A stretch of 64,000 bases of DNA from Harriotta raleighana (taxonomy: Eukaryota). The stretch lies in NCBI GenBank assembly GCA_050575255.1, contig JBNZDD010013574.1, forward strand, positions 378,244 through 442,243, given 5' to 3'. Of the stretch, positions 27,666 to 41,590 are shown one piece after another. Position 1 is the stretch's first letter. Each line of letters begins with the position of its first letter. Below the pieces are notes generated by a model, which searched no databases, had not been told where the DNA came from, and saw nothing but the letters and a program-made list of their open reading frames with translations. The translations under genes were made by a program, and so were the position numbers.

Positions 27666-28254
27666 CTTATTAGATACTCAGGGGATTGTCTAGGCTGACG
27701 TGGTTGACTCGAATGGCAATCCATTGCTTTAATGGGGTGAGCTGCATCAGCGGAGATATCTGTTGAGGCGGACGTTAAAGATCCCGTTACACTACACTTG
27801 AAAAGGCAAGGGAGTGTCTCCCGGTCTCCAGGTCAGCCCTCCTGGTTGCTGTAAATGTTTGCTTACAAACATACAGTTGCTAAGCTTGACAACAATTAAA
27901 TGAAGCGCCTCAGTGTTATAGGTGTAGGGCCCAAATGGAAGGCTTCAAAGGTTCCTCCTAAACTTTCTATTTTGGATGTGCAACTGTCTATTTTACTTTT
28001 ACGCCTCCTCGTTTTGGACTCACCGACAAGCGGACACAGACGTTTGTAAAAGGTCCATCGGATCCAATCGTCTTGCAATCTTGAACACGTTTGTTTTGTT
28101 TGAAGATGAACGTGATTGTGTGGCTCCGGGTTTGGAAATAGGCAGCTGGATCAGATAAGAAGTTAAAGAAAGTTAAAGCCATCGGGAGACTAAATAAGGA
28201 AGCAAGCAAAGCCTAAGCACGTCAATTTGGAGATAGAGCTACTTAGACGTTGGG

Positions 28255-28365
28255 TCTGATCAGAGCTATTTTGAGACCTTATCCCAGAGTATAATCAATG
28301 ACTGGAATAGGTTGTCTGGAAAGGTAGTGGTGTCTGGGGACTCGCTTGCAAATCAGCTTGAGGCT
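28255..28365 (+). mobile_element. Degenerate CR1-like LINE 3' coding remnant
   Basis: cccagagtataatcaatgactggaataggttgtctggaaaggtagtgg reads like the CR1 motif QRVVNxWNxLPxxVV. Confidence 0.4.
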
Positions 28366-29251
28366 GTGATGGAGGAGGGGAGAAGAACAGGAAGGTGTGT
28401 TGTTCTGTTACTAGATAGGCTTTGACCAAACCAATTTGGGGAACTTGTGATTTTGCGAATCGAGTGATCACAGAAGTGTGAGGGCCACCACCCAACGCCT
28501 GCGCCCCCCCCCCCCACCCACCCATCCACCCACTCCCGTCGAAGGCAACAAGAGGAAACATGAAGTGGAACTTTTTAGACCAGAGGATTGAATTCACGAC
28601 CTGAACGTTTACAAGCGCTGAGCACTTGGGATCGCGAACTACTCATTTCTTTTCACAAATCATTCCCTTGGTTTCTATCTGTCCATTTTACCCTGAGTCC
28701 TAAAGATAGCTTTCTGCACTCCGCATCCTCCGTGATGGATTGGGGGAAATCTCATTATAAAGAAGTATTGAAGAGATTGCTATTTTTAACGATGGGAATA
28801 AAATCCGACCTCGACTGAATGGGGGTGAGGAGTACTCTAAAGCGCTGTGGTAGGTTATTTAGCTTTTGGAAGGAAATTCTTCCGAACGTATTAAATCAGT
28901 GTAAACGCAGGGGAAAACAAAATGCAGGGACGAGTGCTATTTCATCCTAATCCATACATACATATGAACATGTTGAAACATGCACTTTTTGTAAGCAATT
29001 CGAATGACAATTACCCAGTGGAGTCTGTTATGAAAACCCAATGCAGTTTTCTCTCTCTCTCTCTTTATTTCTCTTTGAACTCCTTGTAATAGAGAGACGC
29101 TATCATAAACGCATAAAGTTGGGGCTGAAAGCAGCCCTTCAACTTTGTGGCAACAATCCGAGCTCAGCATTCCCCTGCTGCTGGTTTGTTCATACACACG
29201 TCAAACCCACGGCCTGGGTGAGCCCTCTCGCCGTGAAGGGTTTTGAAGGAT

Positions 29252-29553
29252 CAAATCCCGAGAGAACCATTCAAGAATTTGTTTTTGTCCTTTGCGGTGT
29301 CATAAAAATGGGATGGAGTTTATTTTTATGGCCCCCCCACCCACCCACCCACCACCACCTTCCCCACATCCCACCTCCCTCCACACCCCACCCTCATCCC
29401 AACAAATCCCGAGAGAACCATTCAAGAATTTGTTTTTGTCCTTTGCGGTGTCATAAAAATGGGATGGAGTTTATTTTTATGGCCCCCCCACCCACCCACC
29501 CACCACCACCTTCCCCACATCCCACCTCCCTCCACACCCCACCCTCATCCCAA
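29252..29553. repeat. Perfect 151-bp tandem duplication
   Basis: 29252-29402 is repeated at 29403-29553. Confidence 0.9.
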
Positions 29554-30310
29554 TTTTCTTCCCAACACTCATTCCACCCTCGACTCTCATATTCCACTCG
29601 TCGTCTGTTTTTCCGTTGAAGGTACTGATCAGACTGACAGCATAGTGTGCCTGCCCCCCCCCGCCCCACCATTGCCAATGTTAATTTGCTAATCGCCCGC
29701 TCACCTCTCTGGGTCTAACAAATGTAAGTGTCGTTATAATTTGAGGCTGTTTTATGTGGCTTAGACCACAGATGATGATGATGACCAGCCACTGAAACGT
29801 AAAGCCATATTTTTTCCTGGCAACGCTATCAAAGGCATTGACAATGGAACTATTTTCACACATGATGCTGGCAGCGTCTATTTTTAGAAGCAACATGACA
29901 TCAGTTGGACTCCTGCTGCAAGCTATTACAGCTGCTGTAAGAGTTTAACTGATTCAGGGCAGGAAATCCTTTCTGTTTGTTATTTCAATCTATCTCTCTC
30001 TCTCTCTCTCTCTCGCAAGTGGCGGGCACTTGCCTACAAAGCGCACAGTCACTACACAACTTTGCGGTAAATCCTGGAAAGCTCCTTAAAGAGAAAGGCC
30101 CCGGTTTAATTCGAAATGTAAAGGGGGTATTATTATCGTTGGTGTTTATTATCGTTTTAAGACCATGGAAAGAAGAACGAATTAGCATTCTTATGGCCGG
30201 GGCATTGTATGGAAATGTCTCAGAGTTGAGTAGGTAATTATTGTCAAATGTAGTGACCATTTTCCCAGCTAAACGTGTTGCAGCGAGGGTCCCACAAACA
30301 GCCTTTTACT

Positions 30311-30642
30311 ATTATAATAATAATAATAATCCTTGCATTTGATATAGCGCTTTTTACATCTTATCGACGGCTCAAAAGCGCTTCACAGAATATACTGTAA
30401 AGTGATTTGACTGTTTATTTGTGGGCAGAACGCGGCAGCCAATTGCGCACAGCAGCGTCCCCCACAAACAGTCATAGATTGAAATGACCAATTTTTTATT
30501 ATTGTGGTTTTTTTGGAGGGATTATTATTAGGCATGTGGAGTAAGGAAACTTGCCTAAGGTTTCGCCCTGAACTGCCTGGATTCGAACACAGGTCTCACG
30601 CTTGCAAGGCGAGTGCTCTAACCATTAAGCCACAGGAGCTCC
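30311..30642 (-). mobile_element. Full-length SINE
   Basis: Tail, core and head match the family. Confidence 0.9.
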
Positions 30643-31447
30643 GAATGGACGTATTATACGAATGGACAACTCGTCCGGAGGTGGTTGGCCGAGGGAGCAA
30701 TGGGAGAAACTCCCAAATTTCCTTCCTCCGCGCGTCTCTGTTTACCCAGCAGTCAGCAGGAACCCGCTTGCTGGTTGGACTGACGGATCGCTTTCCGGGG
30801 ATGATACCGCCTCAGAATAAAATTGGGTCACTCAATCCCAGGACCGTTTGTGGGACTCGGCTGTGTGCAAACGGCAGCCGAGATTTGTTCACAAAATACA
30901 CAGCTAATCCACTTCACAATATATTCCGTGAAGCAAGCCATCGCAACGACACTATATGAAATGCAATGATTATTAGTATGAGCTTAAGGCCTGTCCTGTC
31001 CCTGTCCTGAGATTTGAAGCCTTAACTCTTTGACCCAGTAGTGACTTTGTAGTGCAATACTGAGAGGAAGGAGAATGGCGTTCCCCGTTAACATTGTTTT
31101 CAGCAGAGCTCGTGTTTTCCCTCTGCTTTTTCGCTTTCTCTGCCATCTGTTCTGACAGTTCCGTTGGTCCCTGAAATGTCGCTTCAATCATGGTAACAGA
31201 GGGATGTGGGGAATACCGGTGATAATAGATTGTCTTCGTTTGCTCAGTGCAGCAAGGCATCTTTTGCTCAATCAATCACATCAAGTCAATCCTTCTTGCC
31301 GCAATCCCAGTGTGCGGATTCAAATTGCTAATGAATGCATTGCCAGGAGGCGATCCGAATTTGCGTGTAAAAACAATTGTGTTCTGTACCGTATAATCAC
31401 TAGCCGCCCTCACAATCTGAGAAGTCCATCATTGATTTGACCAATAA

Positions 31448-31650
31448 AAATCCCTCCAAAATAACCACAATAATAAAATTGGTCATTTCAATCCACGACT
31501 GTTTGTGGGGGACGCTGCTGTGCGCAATTGGCTGCCGCGTTCCGCCCACAAATATACAGTCAATTCGCTTTACAGTATATTCTGTGAAGTGCTTTGGGAC
31601 GTCAGTAAGATGTGAAAAGCGCTATATCAAATGCAAGGATTATTATTAAT
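31448..31650 (+). mobile_element. SINE 3' two-thirds
   Basis: Core and tail are present. Confidence 0.85.
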
Positions 31651-32706
31651 ACCCCAGGGCAAAAGGATGCATGGATGCTTTCTCTGATCCTCAAGATAAT
31701 CTGACAAGAACTGTAAAATATCCAGCCAATCCCTACGTATCCCAAACCTCAGCCTCCACAAGGTTACAACGCTCTTGAAATGCAACTAAAAAATATAATT
31801 TGCTTTCAGTGAACGATCAATGATCACAACCAAATTATCTTTCTCCTCAACTTCTGCCAACGCCCACTCCTTCATTTTTATTGACGCACTTCACCAGCAC
31901 ACAGTCACTACACTTGATAGGAGTCACTGGCAAAATGCTTTGCGATGTTTCGATGCTTATTGGGGCTGAGTGAAATTAAAGGGTGATTGTCATTGTCTTT
32001 ACTACCTTTTTGTCCCTAAATGCAGTGGAGTATAGTTTTATTGCTGTGTTAACTTCCATTCAAGTTTATTATTGTAATTGAATGCAAGGAGTGAACGTGC
32101 TCTCATTCAGAGGCGCACGTGATAAAGGGAACAGATGTTTTAGGGTTGGTATCGCAAGTTAGCAGCACAGTTCACATGATATCTTGAAAGAAGCTTCAGC
32201 CGAGCTCATCGATTTTATTTCTTTATTCATCTGTGTCTGTGTGTGGTGTGGGTCGGTTGCAACACCTACCTGTCTGAGATTTTCTCCGACCCACACTCTA
32301 CCCACTTGCCCTCTCCACTCGGCTAATTCAGGCCCACGACACGGCCCAAACCTGTTTTCTACTTTGACTTGTCTTTTACCGAAGGACATGCTGCTGGTCT
32401 GTGTTTTCTTCTGTCGACGTAATTTACACATTATACAATAGGAAAGCACTTGTGGGTTCCTTTCTCCACAGTGAGGGAAAGTGTTACAAGGGCATGCACG
32501 GCAGGGGTTGATATCCTGCCTGTGGAGCCGGGAAAGAAAGAACAGTATCTGTTTCCTTCCAGCGTTGAAACAAAATGTGTAATTTAACACAATTTTCTAT
32601 TTGAAACGAAACGGTCTTGGGTTAAACGAGAATAGAAACGCATGGCGACGATTTAAATATTTCAAAGCGAATCAAAGTAGCAGGGACACAGTCCCATTTT
32701 AATATG

Positions 32707-33022
32707 AATAATCCTTGCATTTGATAGCACTTTTCATAGCTTATCGACCTCTCAAAGTGCTCCACAGAAAATACTGTCAAGTGAATTGACTGTATATTTG
32801 TGGGCGATTTTTCTATTGTGCACAGCGGCGTCCCATAAACAGTCATGGTTTGAAAATGATCCATTTTTATTATTGTGTTTTTTTTGACGGATTATTATTA
32901 GGTGTGTGTGTGTGTGTGTGTGTGTGGAGCAAGGAAATTTGCCCAAGGTTTCACCATGATCTGCCTGGATTCGAACACAGGTCTCATCCTTGTAAGGCGA
33001 GTGTTCTAACCAGGAGCTCCAC
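32707..33022 (-). mobile_element. Near full-length SINE with (CA)n expansion
   Basis: Family match. Confidence 0.88.
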
Positions 33023-33566
33023 TGATGGATAAAAGCAATTCCTTTATACTTGTAGTCAAATGTGGTTGAATTATTAAATTGAAATGAGATTTTGCATCCC
33101 TTAAAGGGTCCATATTTACCCCCTCCCCCATCAAAAATTCCTCATCCCTACACCCAAACCAAATAAAATTGACAATAATTCTCGCAATTCTAACGGCTGT
33201 TGGAGAAGCACAAGTCTCGGAGATAGGTGCTAGGAGCCTGATGTGAGGCAACATGTCTTAAGACTGATTGTGTCAGAATCAGCAGTCTGAGACTGGGGTG
33301 AAGAGCATGGGCAACAGAAATGTCATGTGCGTGCTGCAGAAAAGCACACCTTTCAGATTGAAGTTGAGTCTGTGCAACTGCGTATAAATGTCGCGCGATT
33401 AAGTCTTTACAAAATGTCAGGTTGTTGTTTACTGATTGAGTGCGTGTGGCTTGTGTAGCTCACAGAAATAAGCAGATATTGTTCACCAGTTAATCATCAG
33501 ACAAGTCATTATTAGACCATTTTAAAATTTACAGTACATTCACAGCGCGTGATATATTATGTACAC

Positions 33567-33848
33567 GTTAAACTGAAGTCCCGCCTGCCTGTTCAGGTGG
33601 ACGTTAAAGATCCCATGGAGCTATTTGAAAAGAGAAAGGAGTTTTTCCCAGTACCCTGGCCAACAATCCCCCAAATAAAATTGGTCACTCACTCCATGGC
33701 TGTTTGTGGGACATTGCTGTGCGCAAAACTGGCCGCCATGTTTCGCCCACCAAACAACACAGTCGATCCGCTTTACGTATACCCTGTGAAGCTATTTGAG
33801 ACGCCTCGACGGATCGACAAAGTGCAATACACAATGCAGGGATTATAA
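33567..33848 (+). mobile_element. Older Deu-domain SINE (AmnSINE1/SacSINE1-like) body
   Basis: caggtggacgttaaagatcccatggagctatttgaaaagagaaaggagtttttcccag...gctgtgcgcaaaactggccgcc. Related remnants lie at ~2085-2150 (-), ~27760-27840 (+) and ~45930-46002 (+). Confidence 0.7.
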
Positions 33849-33963
33849 TACCTGTTTACGCTCCCAATGAACATTTACTATGAGTCGCGCTAACGTCCGG
33901 AGATTGTGTTGATGATTGTGGTCGCTGGATGGCATTACAGTGTTGGCGTTTTTACCTTCCCAG

Positions 33964-34085
33964 ATGATGTCACTGTGGGGTCGGAGACGTTAAGAATCCA
34001 TAAAAGCACCAGCAGGGACAAAGGCCTGAGTGTCGGCTCCAGCAGATGCCTGAATCCTGGTGCAGAGCAACGCCTCGTCAATAAG
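33964..34085 (+). CDS. ARHGEF9: Coding exon (122 nt, phase 1/0), APC-binding-region-like: DDVTVGSE...SRCLNPGAEQRLVNK
   Basis: Acceptor tttttaccttcccag|33964 and donor AAG|GTAAGT at 34086. The phases bridge the 21754 exon (phase 1) and the SH3 exon (phase 0). RCLNPGAEQRLVNK resembles ASEF RYLQPGGEQLAINE (recalled). Confidence 0.8.
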
Positions 34086-37000
34086 GTAAGTAAAACTCTT
34101 CGTTCCAGAACCATTGATTTATTCCAACAAAAAAAAGGAGAAATCAGCCTCGTTGGCTTCTTCTGCTAAAACGTGGGGATTAACTGCGCTTAAAATCTCA
34201 AACAGGCTTGAAGTACATTTCATGATTGTGCACTTATTTTAGCACAGAGACTTGGGGCCTTTGATCCCGTCCCTAACACCGTTCAATTTATTGTATCCGA
34301 GTATTTTATTCCTCAGCACAAAGTTAAAGCGACCATGAAGCTTCCCACTCCGCAGCTTCCTCGCGCTATTTGTTTTTGGAACGCTTTGGGACATCCGCCA
34401 GATGGGAAAGGCGGGAATCGAATGTAAATTGTGCAAACACTGTTCTGTTCCATCTATTTTCTCTCCCTCCCTCTCCATTTACTCATCTTCATTTTGCATG
34501 AGAAGTGATTAGAGAGGTGGGGTGGGTGGTGGGGGTGGGGGGAAAGATCTTGTCAACAGATTCTAGCTGAACTCTTTGGTTGACCTAGGAGGTAGGACAG
34601 ATGATGAGGAAGTACATCAACAAAACAGTTTTTATTTCTAACCAAAGATAAAGTGTTCAGTACAGTAATTACATAATTCAACTGCAGGTAATACCCCAGT
34701 ATGAAACTATATTTGATCTGTACTTAAAAACCCAAATCCTAACAGTGCTGGCCAATATAAATGCACCAATAGGAGATTGAAGATGTACATACTGTACTAA
34801 GCAATGCAAACAGTCGTGTCTTTCTGCCTCTCAGCAAACTTTTATTTCCCGCTTTGGTGTTTGGAAATAGTACAAGTCTTGACATTGATCTGATTACTCA
34901 GAGTGGCTTGCGTGACACTAAGCCTGATTTGTGGCTTGGTTGTGGAAAAGATTTGTTTCTTTACAGCAAACATTTTTGTTTGGGATTATGAGAATTCCGT
35001 TATCGAGACAGATTAAAAAAATGGCATCAATCCCGCTCAAAAGAGTGTAATGTGCCTGGGAAGGCTTTTGAAAATCATAGGAACTTTTAGGCGAGTTTAG
35101 GCCCAACAGGCCATTTTGTTGGTTCTCTACCATACCTTCCCCTTACTCTCAGCATCCGCCATATTTAACGTATGACCTTTGGTCTGAAACCTTCCCCTTT
35201 GTCGGCCGCTGAGTTTGCCGACAAACACGCAGTCACCACACACGTCAGTATAATTCTGTGAAGGGCTTTGGGACGTCTTGAACCATTGGTTCCTCTCTCA
35301 CACAATTAATGTGACCCTGATCAACATCAAACCGCATGCATCTGCGGTATGCAATAATCCGTGTAACCTTTTTTCTCTCCACAATGACAAGATCTCTTAC
35401 TCACATCCTTGAGCATATCATTCCAGATCAGCAAGGTGAGGGGGGGAGGGTTGGGTGGGGGGAGGGGGCGGGTGTGGAGTGGGTGGGGGGGGGGTGTGGG
35501 CGTTGTTTTTTTTAATATACTCTGTACTCATCTGGAATTGCTTGGAATAGAAGGTCTTAAATTATTTTTGCACGCTTATATAAAGTGTACCTCAAATTCC
35601 ACTTCACCTGAACCTGAATCTCAACTCTCGATGTTTTGCCATTAACACACTTGTTAGCTTTTATCATAGCATACTAAAAGCCTGATTGAGTGGCTCGAAT
35701 ACTTGCGGTGAAGGTAGTAATTGTTCAACCATCCCTGAGTGTTGCTTAATGTCATCTGCCGCCTATGATTATCCTACATCCATAAAAGCTCCCCTAAATG
35801 AGGCTCTTTTCTATTGTGTTGTGTGTATACAGTTTGTTTCACTGGAGCAATGAAAATCTCTCTGATCTGCAGCTTTCTTTCATTTGACCACAGAATCCTG
35901 CTCGTAGCTCTGGCTTATTATGTGACAGCGAGAAAAAAGCGTAAGGGTTAAATAGCTGCCAAGCAATGCAGGATCGGATGTGTGGTGCGGAAACTCGCAT
36001 TTGGCATCTTGAGTCACTTGTTTAGCTGCACCTGATACAGTGGAGCTCTGTGTTAACCCGGGAGCTAGGGGCAAATGGGCTCATTACATCCCCCAACTGT
36101 GGCTCTGTACTGTAGAAGGAGAAGGTGATTGGCGTTCAGGGCTTCCACATTTCATCGCGCAAACATGCAGATAGCAGGCTCGCGATAAACCCACGAGGAT
36201 GGGTTTCAGCCCGCTCACAAAATGGCCAATTGCCTCCGTGCGCTTCGACTGGGGTTGATGGGTTTCGCTGCGAGGTGATTGTAAAGCGATCATCTTCATC
36301 CCGCACAAACACTGGGCCTATTATTTTCGTAACAAGAGATGTACCATTACCATATTGTCCGGTCAGCCCTGACATTGCTGAGCCTCTGTGCGTGCGAAAC
36401 TGGCAGGTCAGCGGACAATGCTTTTCGTGAGTTTTATCAGGGTTTGCTCATGGGGAGAGGGGGAGGGAGAGGTGCGGGGTGGGGGGTGGGGGCGTCTTCA
36501 GTGTCCGCAAGTCTTGCAATGGAAGCGATCAGCGATCAAAACCACAAGCGAACCTCCTACCTGGAATCCTGCGGATTCACAGTCCACCCGTGGCTTATAG
36601 CTGGACCTGGTCTGTGTGTAGTGGAGGAGTCTGACAGTCCATGGCTTCCCCTATCATCATCGCTCAAAAGCTTTGTTTTATTTCTCTCTGCGCACTTCTG
36701 TGGATCCAAACCCAAAATAATTGAAAGAAGTGCAAGCCTACAAGCCCTTGTCAATTTTGTGGCTAAAAATAGTAACCATTGAATCTAAAATAATCTTCAG
36801 TCAGCAGCGAAACTGATCCAAGTGATGAAATGCCATCAGCTGTCCTCCAGACACTGATGAGCTGCTGCACTGTGAATATCTTAGGAATGTTACAATCCTC
36901 GGATACCTGGGACTGGTGAGTGAAGATTACTTTAGATTCGATTATATGTCCATCTCAATAAGTACAAGCCTACAGAGAATGTTGTACAGGTAATTAGTAT

Positions 37001-40000
37001 ATTAAAAAAAGATTGCAAATACTGTATGTACCTAATTCTTGATTAGGAAACGTCAACACACTTACAGATGGACAGAATCCTAACGTAGATCTGGGTTAGA
37101 TAGAACCAAATCATCCGTTCATCTTTGTAAATGTTTCAGGTAATGTGACATTTTCCGCAGCTGCAGTACATTATGCTAACATCTAAGAAGCAGATGAAAT
37201 GTGTTGATTATATAACCAGTAACACTGTGCTAAGATTAACCCATTAGCGCACCCCACAAATGTGCCTCTAAATCCACAGTGGGTGGGTAACCTTTCCTTC
37301 CAGTTTACACAGTCCAGGAATCTTTTGGCGACCCAAAAATGTAAAGTAAAGCAATGTGTTAAATCCTCTGACTTTATTTTTGTGCCACATCAATCAACTT
37401 GGTGCCTCGGTGTTTGATGTACCACAGCATGAAGCCACTTTGTAACTGTTTACTCAACTGTAGACCACACAGACTGAGATGTCTATTTCAGAAGGGGTAA
37501 ATTACCCACCTCCCCACCAGCCCTCCTAGGAGACAATTTGGATGCCATAATAATTCACGCATCTTCGGAATCAAAGCTGTTGACTCCTTTGGAGTTTCGT
37601 AAATGTGTGTGTGTGTGTGTGTTTGTGTGTGTGTACACTTGGGTGTTCGTATGTGGTGTGCGTACACTGGTGGGTTGGGAGGGGTGGTGATAAGTGGTGG
37701 TGTCAAAGTTGTGTAGCAAACGCTGCGCGTCTCCATAAAGAGTGGGCCATCCAGCTCCCCGGAGAGCCTCTTACTCGGGATCCCCTGTGCCCTTGTTAAC
37801 TTAAAGCAGCGTCTCCATTGGCTGGCAGAGATCGCACCACCGAAAAAGTGGCAGGAAATCAGGAAATGGGCTATGCAAAGCAAAATGATTTAATGAGGAG
37901 GACTGCAGTAACTGGAGGAGCTCTCCAGAGAAGAGGGAAAAACAAGAGCGCTTTGCCCTGGGATGCGACCAAAGCAGTTCTTGCTCATTGCAACCCACCC
38001 CATAGCCTCTCAACGACGGATGTTTATTTAATCAGAAGTTTAGGAAATCTCATCCCAATTTTCAGGACTGTTCTGAGGGCTCCAAGGGGCCATTTCACGG
38101 AGTTCTATTTTTGCGGACTGTAATTGCAAAGCATTTGAGCCTCGGGCAGAGAATTTCAGCGCGGGTTTCCATGATCTCCATGATGCTATGCTCTTAAGAA
38201 AGATTTTGAAAACGAGCGTTATTTAAAATAAATAGCAGTCAAAATATATCATTTTTTAAAAAAAATTATGCCAATTATCCCCTCTCCTATGGTGTAAAAT
38301 GCTGATAGATTTTGAAGTTACTTTTAGCTCAATTAATGTATGATTTTGTTTTTATCCTCGCTGGATAAAATACTACGGGTGGTATGTGGGCATGGTGTTG
38401 CAAATTGTAAATCAGCCCTCACAGATTTATTGCAAAAGACTGCATTTTTTTTTGCAGATCCAGATTCCGGCAGCCAATTTGCACACAGTCACGTCCCACA
38501 AAAACAGCCATGAAATGAACGCACAGTTCCTCTTTGTTTTCTGGCGAATTGTTGACCACCTCCGTTCAAAGGCCCGAGCTTGGGGGCTTGAACNTCTCTG
38601 GGGGAGCTGGGGTCGGGGGGGGGGGGGGGGGGGGGGGGGGCAAACGTTCTCCAAACTGAGCCACAAATTGTTGGGAGCTAAACTAGGCAGCTTCTGCCAC
38701 CCGGCCCCTCTGCAGTCGTGCTTTAGATTCTTGTCCTACTTAGTTTTATTGGATGAAAGATTCAAACGCGCCTTTATCCTGTGCCAATTCCTGTGACCTT
38801 GATTTTTGCCCAAGAAGGGATTTCCTGCAGATTTCTCGAAAGAAAAGGTTTCCTCATTAGTATCCCTGTTTAAAAGAAACATATCAAAGGCGGCCTGATT
38901 CATTTATTAACCTCCTGATATTTTTTTTTGGGTGGGGTGGTGGTGGGTGGGTGGTTGGTGGGGGGGGGTGGCGATTCATGTCGCTTTTTTGTGCAGCCTT
39001 TTTGCACAAACAGTTAGAACTCACGATGAGCGTTGTAGACTGCAGCAGGGAAGCCAAATTAGCATACACACTTCAAATGACGAGATTAGTGGAGGACCGA
39101 CAGCTAATGACTCTCTTTGCTGAATCTAATTCAGTTCTGTGGCAGTGCGAGGGCACATACCAACAGCCATTTCCCCTAAATAATGGGAACGCTAGCCATT
39201 TTCCCGTCATTTTCTTCGAGAAAACAGTTGTTGAACAATACGTGATTGGAGTGCAAATGGTCATGTCACAGAGCGCCAAATAGACACATCAGTGAGGTTG
39301 AATTAAAGCGCTTGGGTCATGTGTAGGGATGGATGCTATGTACACAGGTGTATAAAAATAGATATTGCTGTATTTTATTATTCCATGACCCCCACTCCCT
39401 AGCCAACCCAAGTGCTCCATTGCGCAATGGATGATGATTTCCTGTTGAATGTGAAAATATTTGTTTTCATTTTGGCAAATGGACTCTCTCACCCTTTGGG
39501 ACAGGAATCCATTTAACTATAGAGGTTCCCTCAATCCCCCCTCCTCCCAGCTTTCAAAGCTCATCCAGAAACATACAGGCAGAAGGCAAGGACTTTTCAC
39601 CATTTTGTGCAGTGTGTCTGCGTGTGTCTAAGCATGTGTGTGGGTGTGAATATATGAATCTGTATTTGTAAGCTCCCCTCTTACGTATGTCTGTGTGTAC
39701 GTGCACGTTGCTTGCGTAAGTGAGACGCCGTCCGGCGTGGAGGGCACTGTATAAATCAAAGTTGTTGTTGTTGTGGTAAGTGTTTGTGCATGCATATATA
39801 TGTGTGTTTTTGTCTCTGTGTGTGTTTGCATTTGATACAGTGCCTTATCACGTTTTCGAGATGTCTCAAAGCCCTTCAGAGAATATAGTGTAAAGTGAAT
39901 TGACTGTATATGTTGCGGGCAAAGTAACTGTTTGTTTGAGTGTGTCTATACACTGGGTATATATGTATGCGTGTGTGTCTAGATACAGTGTACATACGTG

Positions 40001-40392
40001 TGTGTGTGTGTGTGTGTGTGTGTTTCTTGACTTTGTCCTGATCTATTGCTCTGTAAGCTACTGAATACTTCAATAATATTTTGCTGAGCCTTCTCTTCAC
40101 CAGTGTGACCAATTTACAGATTTTCGCCTCACGACCCAGGTCCTTTGATTAGATAGAAGGTTACCTGGTATTCTGCCCTCTTCAATGGTCGAGTTGTCCT
40201 CACAATAATAATTTAGTACTACAGATGCTTATTAAGAGCTGAGCATCAATTTGTATGCCTTGTACTCTACTCCATTAGCTCGGCAATGCACATCGAAACA
40301 GAAATGTGTCTGTTTTGCGCATTGAATGCTGTATCGTGGATTTTATTTGAACCACGGAAACAAAATGTGGAGTGATTAGTGCACTCGCCTCA

Positions 40393-40625
40393 CAACAACA
40401 ACAACAACAACAACAACATCACATTTGTTGAGCGCCTTTCACGTCGGAGGACGTCCCAAGGTGCTGAACGTTCAGGTTGGGACCTGAGCAAGGGAGAGGG
40501 GCAGGGTAGGGGGAAGGGGCGGGAAAGAGTTAGGAGGGAAGGGAGGGAGTTGGGAGGGTAGCAGAAGGCACGGTCGAAGAGAAGGGTCTTGAGACCGGCC
40601 TTGAAGAAAGGACAGAAAGGCTGAG
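40393..40625 (-). mobile_element. L2 3' fragment inserted in reverse inside a + strand SINE (head remnant ~40370-40392, body ~40665-40868)
   Basis: (CAA)n, then cgcctttcacgtcggaggacgtcccaagg and gaagagaagggtcttgagaccggccttgaag (reverse of FKAGLKTLLF). Confidence 0.75.
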
Positions 40626-41590
40626 GACCCAGTTGTCAGTCGATTGGTGGATCGCTTTTCTGTGGGTAATAACCCCTTCAAACAAAATAAGTAATAAGAA
40701 TTTGGTCATTTAAGTCACGACTGTTGTGGGATACTGCCATGTGCAATTGGCTGCCACGTTTCACCCACACAACACACAGTCACTCCACTTTACAGTACAA
40801 CCTGTGAATCCATGCGAGATGTCTCAACAACGTGACAGCGCTCAAATGCAAGAATTATTATTATTATTGAAATAGGGTAGCTAACATGAATAGCCCAGGT
40901 TGCATTTTGTCACACTGTAGTGTCATTTACAACTGTTATTGCAATTGGGAACAAATTTCATCGCCCTTGAATAGATGTTTATTCCCCGCCACTCCCTGTT
41001 TCCCCCCGCCCAGCAGACAGAACGATAGAAAGTTGGCTTCCAATAATTGCCGGAGAGTCTAGTTTGGTTGCATCGTGTTACCTGAAGTATGTTTTCTCAG
41101 TGTGGTGTCACATATATGACATTGTCTTGCGCTGGCAGTGAAAGCTGTAGGAGTTTCCACTTGTGTTGTAGAGAATGTCTGGAACGATGACTCAATCATA
41201 CAGATAATGCATAAAAAGCCTGATCTCACCAGCGATGAACAATTTATTCAACCCACTCCTTTCAATTTTCCTTGTGTTTCTTTTGGCAAAGTTTTCTGCC
41301 CCTGGTTTTGTTCAATTACCATCCCACCCACCCACCCGCACCCCAACCCCCACCTTCCCCGCACCCCCCACCCAACACAATGCCACCTAAACAGATTTTG
41401 AGGAGGTGAAGAGGAATTGGGGGTTGACTGATCTTTCTGTGCATGATTGGGCTTGGGTCATGTTTCGATTGCGGAACTGTTGCTCGATTCTCTCATATCC
41501 TCCCACACGTGCCTTTTTCTTTTTTTTAAAAAAAAAATCGAGCTTATTTTCTCTCGTTTCTTCTCCTCGTGTTCAGCACTCCCACCATCG

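Noticed and set aside
29041-29619. 192-aa ORF with repeated Pro/His-rich segments
   Set aside because: It is produced by the 151-bp duplication and a C-rich low-complexity tract.
11777-34085. Calling the gene SPATA13 or ARHGEF4 from the upstream exons
   Set aside because: The SH3 exon and the MTL first exon are diagnostic of ARHGEF9, and the upstream exons are only motif-level similar to SPATA13.
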